Positions 49,190-64,000 are shown, counted from the stretch's first letter. The stretch: DNA of 64,000 bases from Parasitella parasitica NRRL 2501 (GCA_025201805.1 MU619274.1:144213-208212), one strand, 5' to 3'. The notes: generated from the letters alone by a model not told the origin. A program made the numbers and translations.

Positions 49190-51009
49190 CTAGATACCAC
49201 CCATATTGATATATTTGATGTTCATGTAATCATCCAGACCAAATTGACTTCCCTCACGACCGAGACCAGACTCCTTGACGCCACCAAAGGGGGTGTAGCA
49301 ACTAGAGATGATACCAGTATTAACACCGACCATGCCAGTCTCTAATTGCTCAGCAACACGCCAGCAGCGGCCCACATCACGGCTGAAAAAGTAACTAGCC
49401 AAGCCGAAAGGTGTATCATTAGCAAGAGCAACTACATCACTCTCATTTTCAAAGGAAAACAAAGCAGCAACAGGGCCAAATGTTTCTTCGCTGTGAATCT
49501 TCATCTCAGTTGTCATGTTGCATAGCACAGTGGGCTCGAAAAAGTTGCCACCCTTGTGCTTGCCACCAGCCAAGATTTCTGCACCTTTTTCAACAGCATC
49601 CTTGACATGAGAAGTTACCTTGTCAATTCCCTTGGAGTTGATGAGAGGTCCATGTGTTGTATTGGCGTTAAAACCATGACCGATTTGAAATTGCTTGACT
49701 TTTTCTGCGAGACAAGTAGAGAATGCCTTGTAGGCTCCCTTTTGGACGTAGATACGGTTGGCAGAAACGCATGTTTGGCCAGTTCCTCTGAATTTACAGG
49801 CAATAATAGCTATGAAAAAAGAGTTGAGTACATCAACGCACACAAACACATAGATATACCCACCTTCAACGGCAGCAGAAACATCAGCATCATCAAATAC
49901 AATAAAAGCGGCATTACCACCAAGCTCCATGGAGACCTTCTTCATGGTACCTGATGATTGAGACATCAAAAGCTTACCCACAGCAGTCTATGGTGCATTT
50001 CGGTGAATAAGGTGGTGTTTGTTAGTATTGTGTATTGTAAATACTTACCGAACCAGTGAAGGAAATCTTCTTGACAATAGGATTGGTACATAATTCCTTA
50101 CCAACATCGGCAACATGCTTATCAGTGGGCACAATGTTGACAACACCAGCGGGGATGCCAACACGTTTAGCAAGTTCGGCTAAAGCCAATGCAGAGTAAG
50201 GAGTTTCGGCGCCAGGTTTTATAACAACAGTACAGCCAGCAGCCAAAGCAGCACCTACTTTACGAGTTATCATGGCAGCAGGGAAATCTACGATTTAATT
50301 TGATGAGCGTGAGTATAATTAACCCAGCAAGTTTACATAAATGCACATAAACTTACTCCAAGGGGTAATAATGCCAACCACGCCAACAGGTTGCTTGATA
50401 GTGACAAAACGTTGGCCAGGCATATGTGAGGGAATTACTGTGCCATAAGCACGAACAGCTTCTTCTCCGAACCATTCAAAGAAAGAAGCAGCATAGGCAA
50501 CTTCACCTTTAGCTTCGGGCAGAGTCTTGCCATTTTCCCAAGTCAAGATGGTGGCCAAATCATCTTGGTTGTCCATCATGGCACGATACCATTTAAGCAA
50601 AAGATCATGACGTTCCTTACCAGTTGTCTTGGACCAAGACCTAAAAGCATCGGAAGCAAATTGGATAGCCTCTTTAGTTTCTTTGCTGCCCATGTCTGGC
50701 AGTTTACCGATCTCCTTGTCAGTCGCAGGATCAAGCACTGTGAATGTCTCTGTGACATTTTTGTTAGTCCATTCATTGTTGATAAAGGCAGCATCCTTGA
50801 ACAAGGAAGGATCTTTAAGCTGAGCTCGTTTCAATGTTAGAAGGCCATGTTTTCATGAGTACGTGAGTAAAGCAAACCTTGGGAATGTCAACAGAAGTGA
50901 CAAAGGACTTGAGAGCAGTGGCAGACATTGAGAATTTTCTTACGGTTGTAGTACGAGTTGGATTTAAACAGGCTTTTATGTATGAATTCTGCAAGGCAGA
51001 TCTTATCAT
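49190..51009 (-). CDS. UGA2: Succinate-semialdehyde dehydrogenase (ALDH5), with mitochondrial presequence
   Basis: [70 protein letters not shown]. Arg/Ser/Thr-rich N-terminus. Confidence 0.93.
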
Positions 51010-53114
51010 TATTATATCCAGGTTCAAAAAGAAAAGAAAAAAGACAGGTGTAGGGCCTTTTTTATTCCTCTTTGATGAACCATTAGTACGTGTGAAATGC
51101 GGTTGTTGAACCTTATTATTCAACACATTTTGATAGCATTAGTCATGTTGAGCGAATCAATAGCTGATTCTATCATCATATACCGTCACTGTTTTTAGCC
51201 CTATGTTGGGAATTCAAATGGTATACTGTACATCAGAGGTACCGCATTAACCGTGATTATGTTTTTATTTCCTGCAAGTCAATGTTATATAAAAGTAGCA
51301 GCAATAATGTTGTAGAATGCTTAATACACATCAAGTTCCCAGGAAACCAAATTTTGTACTTCACCGGAATTAATTGTAAATGCAAGTTCAGCAGAATAAA
51401 GTAACATTGCACCTTTTTTAAATGATTCTCCAAGTAGCAGTGAACAGCTTTACTGTACGAGTATATAGCCTCATTTACAAATTATAACATTTGCTGCTGT
51501 CGGTAAAATTTGATCGAATCCTGCTGGAATGTAATGAAATCTAATTGTGGGACCATGGAAATAGGTGCCCTCCGCTATTAATCGTGGACTGTGTCTATCA
51601 TATCATAAACATCTCCAATCAAAATCATTCGTGATTTGGCAACTTTGAAGTGTGTATAATGCACTCTCGGACCCTTATCTGAAGCGCAAGCAGTTTGTGA
51701 AGTTTTACATATCATTTTTGCTACCATGACAGAGGCGGAATGAACCAAAAATACTTGACACTTTATATCATGATATTTTCAAGCTTGAAGTTCTTCATCT
51801 TCTCTCGGGCTTTATATAAAAACTTGTTGCCTATAGGTTATCCTGGCTTTTGGCCAGAAACGGCTTGAGAAAAGCATACTTTTTGATGCATATTCCAAAA
51901 TGAACAAATTTCATGATATCAAGCTCCATTGAACCCTCAAACTGACGACGCTAAAAGCAGCCATCATACACAAGTTATAACTAAGTTAAAGCGCCTTGCA
52001 ACAACTATTCCAATGTAAGACAATGTATCGTTAAGCCAAAACAAGGCTCTAAAAATGCATTTGTGACATTAAATGTAGGGAAAGATAAAGCTGCCTCCAA
52101 ACACTTTTTAGGGTGAGCGTTTTGAACCATGAGATCTCTTGTTTGCTGCAAATTTTAAGTCTATATCTTCTTTTGTTTGTCTTGTTTGGTAAAGACCTAT
52201 ACTAGATTATCTCCTGTAACGGCTTTTGGCCAATAATTTGTCATGTTTATCATGCAAAGTACACATTTGATGAAAGTGGGGAGAGACAACAACACACATT
52301 GAGAGAGAGTATGTGTGCGGGTGTGTGATTCTCCGCATTCCTTTCCATGATATCCTTAGATGTAGACTAACGCGCCAAATGACTGTGTGCCCTATCTTTT
52401 CTGATTTTATGCAACACATAGTGGAGAGCAAATTTCAGACAAGATTCTCCATTGATTTGCCACGAACTACAAAACGGTTCAAACATAATCCATATTATTA
52501 ATTTCGATATTTGGTCTCCAGCACTATGTAAAAAGCATTTCCAGTAACGTATTGTGGTTCCTGAGATGGTAATCAATGTGTGTATGCCCAAGTATCCCGG
52601 TCGAAAGCACTCCTAAAACAAAAAGCATATGTAATAATATGTCGTGATTTGCAAACCCAGAACGCCGACACTTTAACCCTCATAAAGAAGCTGTGTTTTA
52701 TTCCTTTTTAGTCGAACAAAAGGATTTCCTAATAGAGTTCCTTACATATCTTCGTCCAATTTTGACGCACGGCACCCTCAAAAGACCTGAAGTAAGTAAA
52801 AGAGAAACTAATGAAAATACAGTGTCCGTGTTGACCGAGACAAGAATTTTTGTATTAAGTGCTTGTTTATTTTCATTGTGTCATGATACAAGCAGACGAA
52901 AGCCTAAAGTTGGTACTTCAGTCCAGCGCAAGTACATCAGCAGTGTTCTGATTTTACCCTAAAAGAAGATTCTCACAAACAAATATAATTCATGTATATC
53001 AATGAGGAGAAAGAGCGATGTGCAGAAGAAAGATTAATGTATAAAAGGCTTATACAAATCCTCTTTTTCTTTCTTTTATACAACCATATCTCTGCATTAT
53101 TAATATTTCCCATC

Positions 53115-54528
53115 ATGGAATTTACACCATCAGTTCTGGATTTCGAGGCTGCTAAATATATTGAAACTTTTGCAAATATTACAGCAGAAAACGTCCGTTA
53201 TGATTACCTGAATGCTTCAACAAAACAGTACTTTCGACACACAACACTTGCTATTGCATATATGAGTGTATGTCTTGGTTGTACTGTATGGCAATTAATG
53301 GCTGCAGTTGAGCTGGTTGTCAAGGCTCGAAAAGTCCTTCATTTTGCTGTCCTCTTCGAGACCATCTTGTCCTTTATTGTCATCTCTTGCAGTGTCCTGA
53401 ATCCATTATCTGATGTCTCTTGCGAAGTTGTAGGTTACATATATAAATCTAAATTTTCTTTTCTTACTAAAAAGCATTTTGCACATGTAGCGCTTCTGGA
53501 TCTCCATTATTTCTGTTACTCTTGGTGGATGCTGTATCCAATCTATTTTGCTATACAAGGCATATATCTGCTATGATCGTGCTAAATGGCTCCTCATCAT
53601 AGGCTCTATCATTAATGCAGGTTATATTGCTTTAACCTTTGTCTACGGCACACTAGGAAAGATGCCTACTTATAAGGATTTCATAGGAAATTGTGTTGTA
53701 AGTGTATAGTTGTCTCAAGTATATATTAGTGAATTAGAACTAACTGTATTGTACACAGATGCTAAACTGTAAGTCTTAAAGATGTGTATACAAGAAACTC
53801 GTCAATTTAATGTATATTCAATTCTGTAATAGTGGAATGGCCAGCCTTGGCTAAATTAAGTCTCGATATTGCTAGTAATGCCTTTTTAACAATTGCTTTT
53901 GTATTGGTTATCTACCGTCATTATCGTGTCTTTGGAAACAGCCTTCAGAAATCATTAATATCTAGTGGTGTCATCTTTTCGTAAAGTATCCTAATCATAT
54001 AAAAGACATTCACCTAGACTGACATTTCTTTTAGTGTTGGTGTCATTGCTGCTAATATCTTTACGGCCATTTTGATCTCTTGTAGAGCAATGGGAGGATT
54101 ATCTGCAGACTTGTATTCTTTTGAATGTATGTCTTTTTTGCGAATTGTACCACTTGAAAAAAAAACTAAACGAAATTATTCTAGGGGTTATTACGAGCTA
54201 TTTGCTAATTAAACAATTTTCAGTCAACAAAAACAAGACGAGTGACAGTTCAAGTGAAGAAGACGATGGCGATGACGAAGAAGGACAAGAAGAGACACAA
54301 TACAAAAGGTCAATGTCATCTAAAAGCAGCCTTGACATGGCTGATACAACCAATGGTAACAACAACAACAGTGGTAGCAACAAGGCTGTACAAAGTCAGC
54401 ATGATGTTGATCTCGAAAAGGCTGATAGTCCTACAAGCCGATTCTCTGACGGTTATATCTCTAACGTAACCACTGTCAATCAAAGCTACACATCCACACT
54501 TAAACACCCTCGACCTTCTGGGCAGTAG
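53115..54528 (+). CDS. Orphan seven-TM (GPCR-like) membrane protein
   Basis: Six exons including a 10-nt exon (53759-53768). About seven hydrophobic segments, N-terminal NIT/NAS sequons, Cys before TM3 (VSCEV) and in the TM4-5 loop (GNCV), and an acidic Ser-rich tail. Confidence 0.75.
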
Positions 54529-54716
54529 TTTCCGATCACGGTCACCCTTTTTTATTGGGTTTTTTTCCATTGACATTTGGCACTCTTTCTTTCCTCACTT
54601 AATCAAGACACGTTAATATAATCATTGAACAAAGATCAGTTCATTTACTCTTATAACTTATTTAATAAATTTCATTTGAAAATACTCGATTTGATTGAAT
54701 CAAGTTTACTGATCAC

Positions 54717-56124
<1,408 letters not shown>

Positions 56125-56240
56125 GAAAGAGAAAGAAGGCCAAACACAAATAAAGAACAAACATATTTATATATGTATATTTATATAGTTTTATATACAA
56201 AACAAACGACAAAAAAGAAAGGGTATTATGATATGTATAG

Positions 56241-57712
56241 TTATTTCGTGTTGTTTTCAGAATTCGACCACCATTTTGATAAGAATCCTCGACCGCTTGA
56301 TGTGTTGGAGGAAGATGGAACATAATCAAAATCGATACTTTTACGAGATAATCCCTCCATACTCTTTTTAGCCAATTGTGATAAAGTATCTAAACTAGGT
56401 CTAAAATCTAGACTACTTCTACGTTGGTTACTTTCAAGTGATGGTCTGCCGATAGGATAAATATCAACTGATTTTCTGCCACCAAACCAGGACTTCTTTG
56501 GTTTGAACTGTTCTATATCAGGTCTTTCGTCGTATAAAGAGGGTCTAGGTGTTTCTTCGTCCAAGTCGTCATCAATGTTGATTACATTTCCGTGTTCATC
56601 TTCTTGTAAAGACATACTATGAGCAGCCATCGCATTCATCAAGGCAGTCGTACGCAAGTGAGCACCATCCGAACTGCATCTTTTTAAAGGGGTTGAGTCC
56701 AAACAGGGACGTAAATGAGAAGAGTCCAGAGAAGCACGTCCAATGATTTTATTTTCGTCCATATCATGATTTGAGAAATTGGGGCCTGTAGGAGACCCAC
56801 GACCAAAAGCCCTTCTTTCAAGTGAGGATAGGTAGTTTTCACCATCGTAATGGTTTACGACACCATAACTATAATAGTCTTTCTGCAGCTCATCAGCGGA
56901 AGGTCTTGGTGTATTCAGGCTATGTCTTGGAGGTGGCAAAGTGGATATATCTGGTATATGCAATTGATGCTCAAATACACATGGTAGACTAGGCCTTCGT
57001 AATTTGTCTGCCTTGTTCTGTTGTTGCTGCTGCTGCTGCTGCTGTTGCTGCTGTTGGTATAGAGTCGCATCCATCGATCGACGACTTACTTCTGCAACAT
57101 GCTTTCCTTCTTGCAATCCTCTGAGCATTATTTGCATTGACTCAAATGTTTCCAGTAGCTTAACTATCTCCACGTGATGTTTAGCTTTAGCTACATCAAT
57201 CGGTCGAGACCCATATTTATCCTTGACATTGATCTTGGCTCCATTTCTGAGCAATAAATCAACAATCTTTGTACATCCATTTGCACAAGCAACATGTAAA
57301 GCAGTTGACCCTGTGGCACCAGCAACTGCTTGCGATTTGTCTGCACTAAGTTTCTTCGACCATCTATTTTACAAATTTAAATACATTTGTAAAGCTATGA
57401 ATACACAAAAGTCCTACCTCTGTGCATTGACATCCGCGCCTCTATCTATAAGATACTGGACAACAGCGATATGGTTCTCATTTATACAAGCCAGCTGTAA
57501 TGGCATATAACCATTGACAACTGAATCGATCATTGCGCCATGATCAAGAGCAAACTTGACAAGACCTATTTTCATTGTTCATAAGTCGTCAATAAGAGGG
57601 GAAAAAATGTTTTCTACATTTTTAACAGATTCTTACCGACATTGCCATTCATGGCTGCACCATGTAGATTAAGTGAATGGTCTTTAGACTTATCTCTTTT
57701 TCCTTCATACAT
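56241..57712 (-). CDS. Ankyrin-repeat protein with polyQ and long disordered Ser-rich tail
   Basis: LHGAAMNGNVGLVKFALDHGA, GYMPLQLAC...VVQYLIDRGADVN, GSTALHVACANGCTKIVDLLLRNGAKINVKD; three exons. Confidence 0.9.
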
Positions 57713-60239
57713 GTTTTAAAACTAATTTATACAAATGTTTAAGAAAACAAAGAAAGAAAGAAAGAAAAGAGCATTATAAATATACACACAACTCACTAAA
57801 CTAAGAAAAGGGGAAAAATCTTCGGGGGCTGTATTATAGTTTTTGCCGCACTACTAACGAGTAGTTGAAAACGATAAAATAGAGGGATAAAATTCAGGGG
57901 ATGATGCCGCTGTATGTCTGTGTTTTTCTTTTCTTCTTCCTTGTTATAAAGAAAATGAAAAGAACGGCCATTTCCATTGCCAAGCTTTAAACATTTGCTG
58001 AGCTCATGTTGATGTGTAGCTACAATGTGCGTTTCATGTTGCTATATTTAAATTGTGTCAACCGCATCGTTACTCATGTACCCTCGCTTTGACCGATAAG
58101 CTACGTAAGCCTAACTTGACGTTAGTGGCGCTTTAGTTTGCTCTTTCATTTACATGTTCGTTTATATGTAAAACCCGTCGTTTGGAATGCTTCAGATGTC
58201 AATCAAAATTTATTCTCGGAAGTTAAACCTTTAATGGTAATAGTATTTCAGGAACACAAAAGGATCTCCATGGCAACCAAATCACAACATCAAACAAACA
58301 AAACAAGAGGCATTTGTTTGCTCATCTACCTGCACACTCCTCTAAAAAAACTGATACCGACACAAAGAGACTTCTAACAATTTATTTATTCATCTACAGT
58401 TACACAGAATATAAAAAATAAGTATGACAAAGTATTGCAATTCTCAATCCAAATTCTAAATTAAGAAAAATGTCAAATGTCTGTTGCTATTTCAATATTG
58501 CATACTTTTTGAATAGTTTTAGTATGCCTATTTGGCTGCATACATTGAGCACACAATTACTTTGTATGCTCATATATTTATTGGAAATCGAACTACATTC
58601 GTCAAGAATCCGAACATTTGCATTGGGCAGCAAGATGGCATCATAAGATTAGAGGTTTTATGCTGCGTCAAAAATAGATATTAATCAGTGCATCATATAC
58701 TTTTTTTAAGATATATATTTTCTGTTTGATCTTGAAAAAGTGTAGAATGTGTTTACTGTATGTCTTTATCTTTAAACATGCATTGGATCAGTTCTTCCAT
58801 CAAAACATTCATGTTGCGAATGAATTCAGTCGCTTGCTATTTTATAGCCAGCAATGATTCCATATAGCTTCTACAAAAATCGTAGGTAGCAATGGTAACA
58901 TTAATCAATGATTGTATTTTGGAAAACCTACCGAATGTTATGAGCCACTGCATAACGCAGTTGTCGGAACTATACATTTTTTTTGAAAATAATCCTCCAC
59001 ACTTGATTGTTGATTTAACACGTCTCTACTTTTATCTGTATTGCATGTCTTTAGTTGTTAGCTGTGGGTGTATATGCTGAGGAAATGCATGAGCAACAAT
59101 AAGACGGTTCATATCATTATTGAAATAATTAATGGGAAAATAAAATATAAGAAAAGCAATATGCTGAATTCAGAATATACTTGGGTGTACATTTGTATTA
59201 GTTGAACTAAATTTACGGCTACATGAATAATGCAAATATTACAATTCTCATGTTATAAACCAGGGTTTAATAAATGACATGCCATGTTCATCATATTGAC
59301 AGATATGGGTTCCTGCTGACATATGTTCCATGATCTAATATTTTACTCCTGAGATAAGTTATATTGATTTTAGAACCAACACATTAGTTTGCATAATTCA
59401 AAACTCACAGAACAGAAAACATTTGTTCCGCGTATCGGATACATTTAATACAGAATTTTGCTTGATTTCACGGAGTTTGATGAAGAGATTTATAAGAGTT
59501 TTACGAATAGATAATAGCTGTACCTAAATTAACTTGATTTTTATGTTAGTATGATTAATAATGCTATGAACTTTGTCAACTTACAATCATTACTTTCCAT
59601 AGTAGAAACAATGTTCCATACAATCAAGCCTTTTCTTCTTACCAGATATTCCATATTTCTACATAAAAAACTGCAAAAGGTCGATGTATTAATTTCCCAA
59701 CCGGAAGTCAAACTCAGGTAAACTCAATCCTGAACACAATCCAGGAGCATCCCAATGGATCATGTTCCTTATTTATAACTCAACATGATATGTTTATGGA
59801 CAATAGATACAATCTATTGTCCCATTCTCTAACTCACACCATGTCGCACACTTGTATATTATCCCCCCACCAGACCATTTAGATTCGCTAGTATATAAAC
59901 CATCATTTTTCCATGTAATAAACGAGATCTTTACCTGGTTGATTCACAACCGTTTTATTTGAATTGTTTCTCATTCTGATAAATCAGTAAGAGACAACTC
60001 TGTCTGCAAAATCAAAGATAAGAAAGGTATAAAATAAAAAAATTTAATAACGAGATACAAAAACCTGAGATTACTTTATCAAAGATTTAACTTTGCAACT
60101 GCTATTTATACTTTTTTTTTTTAAGAAAAGCCAAGTAGGGCAGTTTTATTAATTTGTAACATGTTATCTAATATATTATAACTCACCTATTTAACGCGAT
60201 AATAGCAAAGTGTAATCTATAAATAAACAGTTAAGGAAA

Positions 60240-60506
60240 AGGGACAAAGGGAACACGGGTTATCCTACCAGCCAAGACCGCGGACACACCAGCATTGTCA
60301 AAATTCCTGCTTAATCTAACTCCAGATGTTTGCAGTCTGCCTAGATAGGATAAGAGAGTGACAGGCAAACAACAAGTCCAGGGAAACCCAATACGATTGT
60401 TGTTAAAAACCGAGGCCAGCAAAGAGCAGCGTAGTGTTTCGACTTCGCAGCTTGAGATCATACGATACCCTGCGTCAACGTACACAGGATGCGGCCCCGA
60501 AGGACC
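60240..60506 (-). other. Unassigned GC-richer segment with several stable RNA-type hairpins
   Basis: Four stems including a cUUCGg-capped hairpin; G-U wobbles favour the minus strand (see findings). Confidence 0.4.
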
Positions 60507-60508
60507 TA

Positions 60509-63370
60509 CTGTCATTTTTGCGGTTTCTGAAAAAAAGTGCAAGTAGATGATAAAGGTCAGGATTATGATAATATATATTAGGGTTTCTGATAACAAATCT
60601 TTTATTTTCGATAAAAGCTAAGAAGTTTCTGAGGGAAGAGAAATGTCTCTCTGAGAAATATTTCCAGTAGTTTTTCTATTTTAGATTAAAAATGCCAAGG
60701 ATAGGGAACATTTTAACATGATATGCGAAATTGCGATGCCCTAATTATTGATCAAACAGCCATTGTGCAGGAGCAATATAATAGATATTTTTAAAAGAAT
60801 GATTGTTTGGATTTTTATAATTCTATTTTTAAATGCAATGAAAATTCCGTATCAACACTAACGACATGTACTTCAGATTCCTGAAACTGAACAATTACCT
60901 AGCGGGCCACAATACAAAATTGTTTGAATTTCATAATTGATAAATTATTTCAGATATTTACGTTAGATCTTTGACATCTAAATAAACCCAAATATTTAGA
61001 CAAGTCTATAGAACTGCATAGATATTTAAACTAAAAAATGGGTAAACCACAAAACTATCAAGGTATCAAAATATCAAACTGTATCTACTAATAAGGCATT
61101 GATTTGTACATATCTGTCGAATTATGCATTTACACAATAAAAAATCATAGCAGCAAATGACCATCTCTATTTTTATAACTTCGCATTATCATTTTATGTT
61201 ACATTTGTTGAGTTAAGTCAGCATATCCAATATCAAGGAAAAAGTGTGTACAGTCAAGACTCGTTATAACGGATTTATCCCCTATTCAGAATTTGATACT
61301 CTATAGTCCAGTGCCTGGAACTTGGAATCTACCAAAAGCTTATTATGAAGCTTAACTTTTGTTAGTAAAATCACCCTCAACGTCAATCCTAGCCTCTATT
61401 TTACATGTTTAGCATTAGAATCACAAAAAAGGGATCTTTAATTGACATTATGCATTATTATAAGTAACAATGGTAAATGGCTTCTCTGTCACTAGAAATG
61501 AGCGACTTATGAATTATTCACAAATCACACGGCGTCATTACAGCAAAACATTGTATTCATTGACCATCCTCTTCTGCTTCCAAATCAATAGGCCACATGT
61601 TTTTGATTATATTCATATGAAGAAAGGTATACTTGTGGTATCAAAAATACTTACTTTATAGGGCTTTGTCATGTACTAGAATTGATATTGACGTGATATC
61701 ATCTCCAGATAGATATCTTTTACAGCTTAAAAGCAAAAAATTTAGCTTCTTGTGCGATTTTTTGATTATTATTATAATCAAAAGTGTCCTGAAACACCAG
61801 AAATAGTATCCATTGGAAAAAAACTATATTATAAATGATTTTGGTGCAATTTGAGCATGATTTTTTTTTCGATGCAAAATGATGGATTTTATTGATTTTT
61901 TCCTTGTGTCTACACATCTAAAATCATTGATTATGCATTATCCTCAATTTAGACCTCAAAAACGCAACTTTTTACTATAGCATATATTAGAAGAAAATGA
62001 TCGTAAAAGGTCATTCCTTGATCTGAAAGATTGGAAATGCGCTCTGAATAAACAAAATGTTGACTTTTCCCTCTAAATCTGCTTTTGAGGTTTTCTCGAC
62101 AGAATTCCCTCCATAAGCATACGGAAATTATGAAATGATACCAGCGTGTAGAGCGCCCAAAAATACAGCTATTATCATAGACCGACAGCCGTGGTATGCA
62201 TAGTATCAGAGGATGATACCTTGCCTCAAAGAAGTAATTTTGTTTTCGAAATATCCAAATCGAGTTTTGGAAAGAATTTTTCCTTTCTGATTTTGGATGC
62301 ATTATAATCTCCGCTATCAAAGAAAAATGGTGCTTTTTTTTTGAAGAAAGCATTAGCTTTGAGAAGCTCTAACTTACCCAATTTAAGAGAAAAACAATTC
62401 TAAACTAATTTATTTAAATGGTGTGCTTCTTGGCTTTCTAATGGTAGCACTTGCATATCTGTACCTAATTTGAAGATCTCACACTCCGATTTTGAAAAAT
62501 ATCTTTCCGAAAAAAGTCTGAAAAGTACATAAAATTGCTCTAAGCTATGCAAACATGTAATCAGAAGATGTCTTATAGCCTAATGGATTACTTTAAATTA
62601 CTTGTTTTTATGTTTCAGATCGCTTGACATTGTTTTCGTCTTTTTTCTGACATTAACACACAGAAGTTCGCGTGAGGCGCATAAAATCTACGCTGGCTTT
62701 ACAAAGATATACACTTTTTAACCATTCCAATATTATGGAAAGATGGCACAGGTTTGACTAGCTGTTCTATTGTGCAAATGGATATAGAGAACCCTGCTTG
62801 GTTCTTGTCTGACAAGACCTTCTAGACTAGAAGACGCCAGATCAAGTGAAGGTATAAGAAAATGCCAGAGGAAAGGAAACAATCTGCCACCAGGATGACA
62901 CACGTATACATAAAAAATTATCTGTTAGAAATTTATGAAATCCCAAGGACATAAATATGTTTATCTTCAACCTTTCTCTCCGTTCCTGAATCCATTTAAA
63001 AATGTTTGATTCAAAGTCGACAGACACACTTACACCCAGAGCCACAGATGTTTGTCAATAAATAACCGCAAACTTTCTAAAAGACCACCTTGAAATTTAA
63101 GAACTTAAAGATTTGATGTAGATAGCTTATTTCACAACACATTCTCTTTGTATTTTCACATTGAATGAAACAAAGCAATTACTTTTTTTCTCTTAATTTA
63201 GAAATCCCCACTTAAAATCTTTTTAGGGGGACATTTCCCTTCTCTCAAGGACTTCTCAGCTTTTATCAAAGATAGAAGATTTGTTATCAGAAATTCTAAT
63301 ATATCATCACAATCACCATGGCCTTTATCATTGACTTGAACTTTTTTTTTCAGAAACCGCAAAATGACAG
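60509..63370. mobile_element. 2.86-kb non-autonomous or decayed DNA transposon with ~150-bp imperfect TIRs and TA flanks
   Basis: TA|CTGTCATTTTTGCGGTTTCTGAAAAAAA at 60507 and TTTTTTCAGAAACCGCAAAATGACAG|TA at 63372. Inverted similarity continues ~150 bp inward; no intact transposase ORF. Confidence 0.85.
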
Positions 63371-64000
63371 TATTGAATTTGTCAGGCGGATTTCTCAAAT
63401 GCCGCATAAATGGATGTGTTATATTGTAGCCATAGATAGATGAATATCACATGTGAATCAAAATATTAAGATTGCAACTCCCAAACGTTTACTTTATTAC
63501 GATTACCGTACAAAAACATGTTATAGATGTATACTACTGTAACTAAAATACGGTACATCTCAAATACAGACTAAACTAATATGTGCTGCAATTGTAGAAT
63601 GTCTTTTTAGATTACATTAAAAGTAAAGTTGGCAGTAAATGCCGAGTATAATCAACAAGTGATTGGGATGATAGCATACGTGATAAAAAGTTTTATTCGT
63701 ATAAAAGTAGTTGAGGCTGTGCTATGATATTATATATTAGTGCAATAATAATATTGTTTCACTAACAACTTACTTGAGTAACCGAGATAGAGTATAGTGG
63801 CATACCAGCTTGCTGTCAAAAACCTAGTCCTGAGATATTCATGTAAGAAGTATGTCTAGCAAAGAGCAATGCGTTAAGCTTAGAATCAATGAGGCATTCG
63901 CAGATGTAACTGTTAAAGATTGGTGTAATGAGAAGCTGATAGTCAAGAGCTTTGTTGTAACGCGTGGTCCAATAAGTAATTACCAAGATGTCTTGCAACA

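Noticed and set aside
60425-60465. Hammerhead or HDV ribozyme, U1 or 5S RNA assignment for the structured segment
   Set aside because: CGAAAC is present but the CUGANGA core is not. HDV P1.1/P3, the U1 5' end and loop II, and 5S boxes do not fit.

Overview
AT-rich eukaryotic genomic DNA with short GT-AG introns, most consistent with a Mucorales (Mucoromycota) fungus; this assignment is inferred from gene content, intron style and composition. About 22 protein-coding genes can be read by hand: DUF89/ARMT1 phosphatase (partial), BRAP2/ETP1 RING ligase, F-box protein, complex I NUXM, GPI8, a class I cAMP phosphodiesterase, a YPK1/Gad8 kinase, URM1, homocitrate synthase, a YwnB-like NAD(P)-binding reductase, a PCL-type cyclin, SYG1/XPR1, a RutG/UraA-type nucleobase permease, SFT2, CHID1, GH36 alpha-galactosidase, a UPF0658-like membrane protein, SSADH, an orphan 7TM protein, WDR5/SWD3, an ankyrin protein and two hypothetical proteins. 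Between them lie decayed mobile elements: a Helitron remnant plus a second copy of its 3' end, a ~870-bp foldback, a Tc1-like remnant, and a 2.86-kb TA-flanked TIR element present twice. There are three assembly gaps. Most notable: (1) the phosphodiesterase has an N-terminal (pseudo)receiver domain and a C-terminal CaaX box, a RegA-like and potentially membrane-anchored architecture; (2) three bacterial-type genes (YwnB-like, RutG-like, GH36) lie within ~19 kb; (3) an unassigned, strand-specific structured RNA-like segment is cut by the TIR element; (4) Helitron ends read CTCG rather than CTRR; (5) splicing oddities include a 5-nt micro-exon and an ATG split by an intron. Exon boundaries were read by eye and family assignments come from motif recognition, not database searches.
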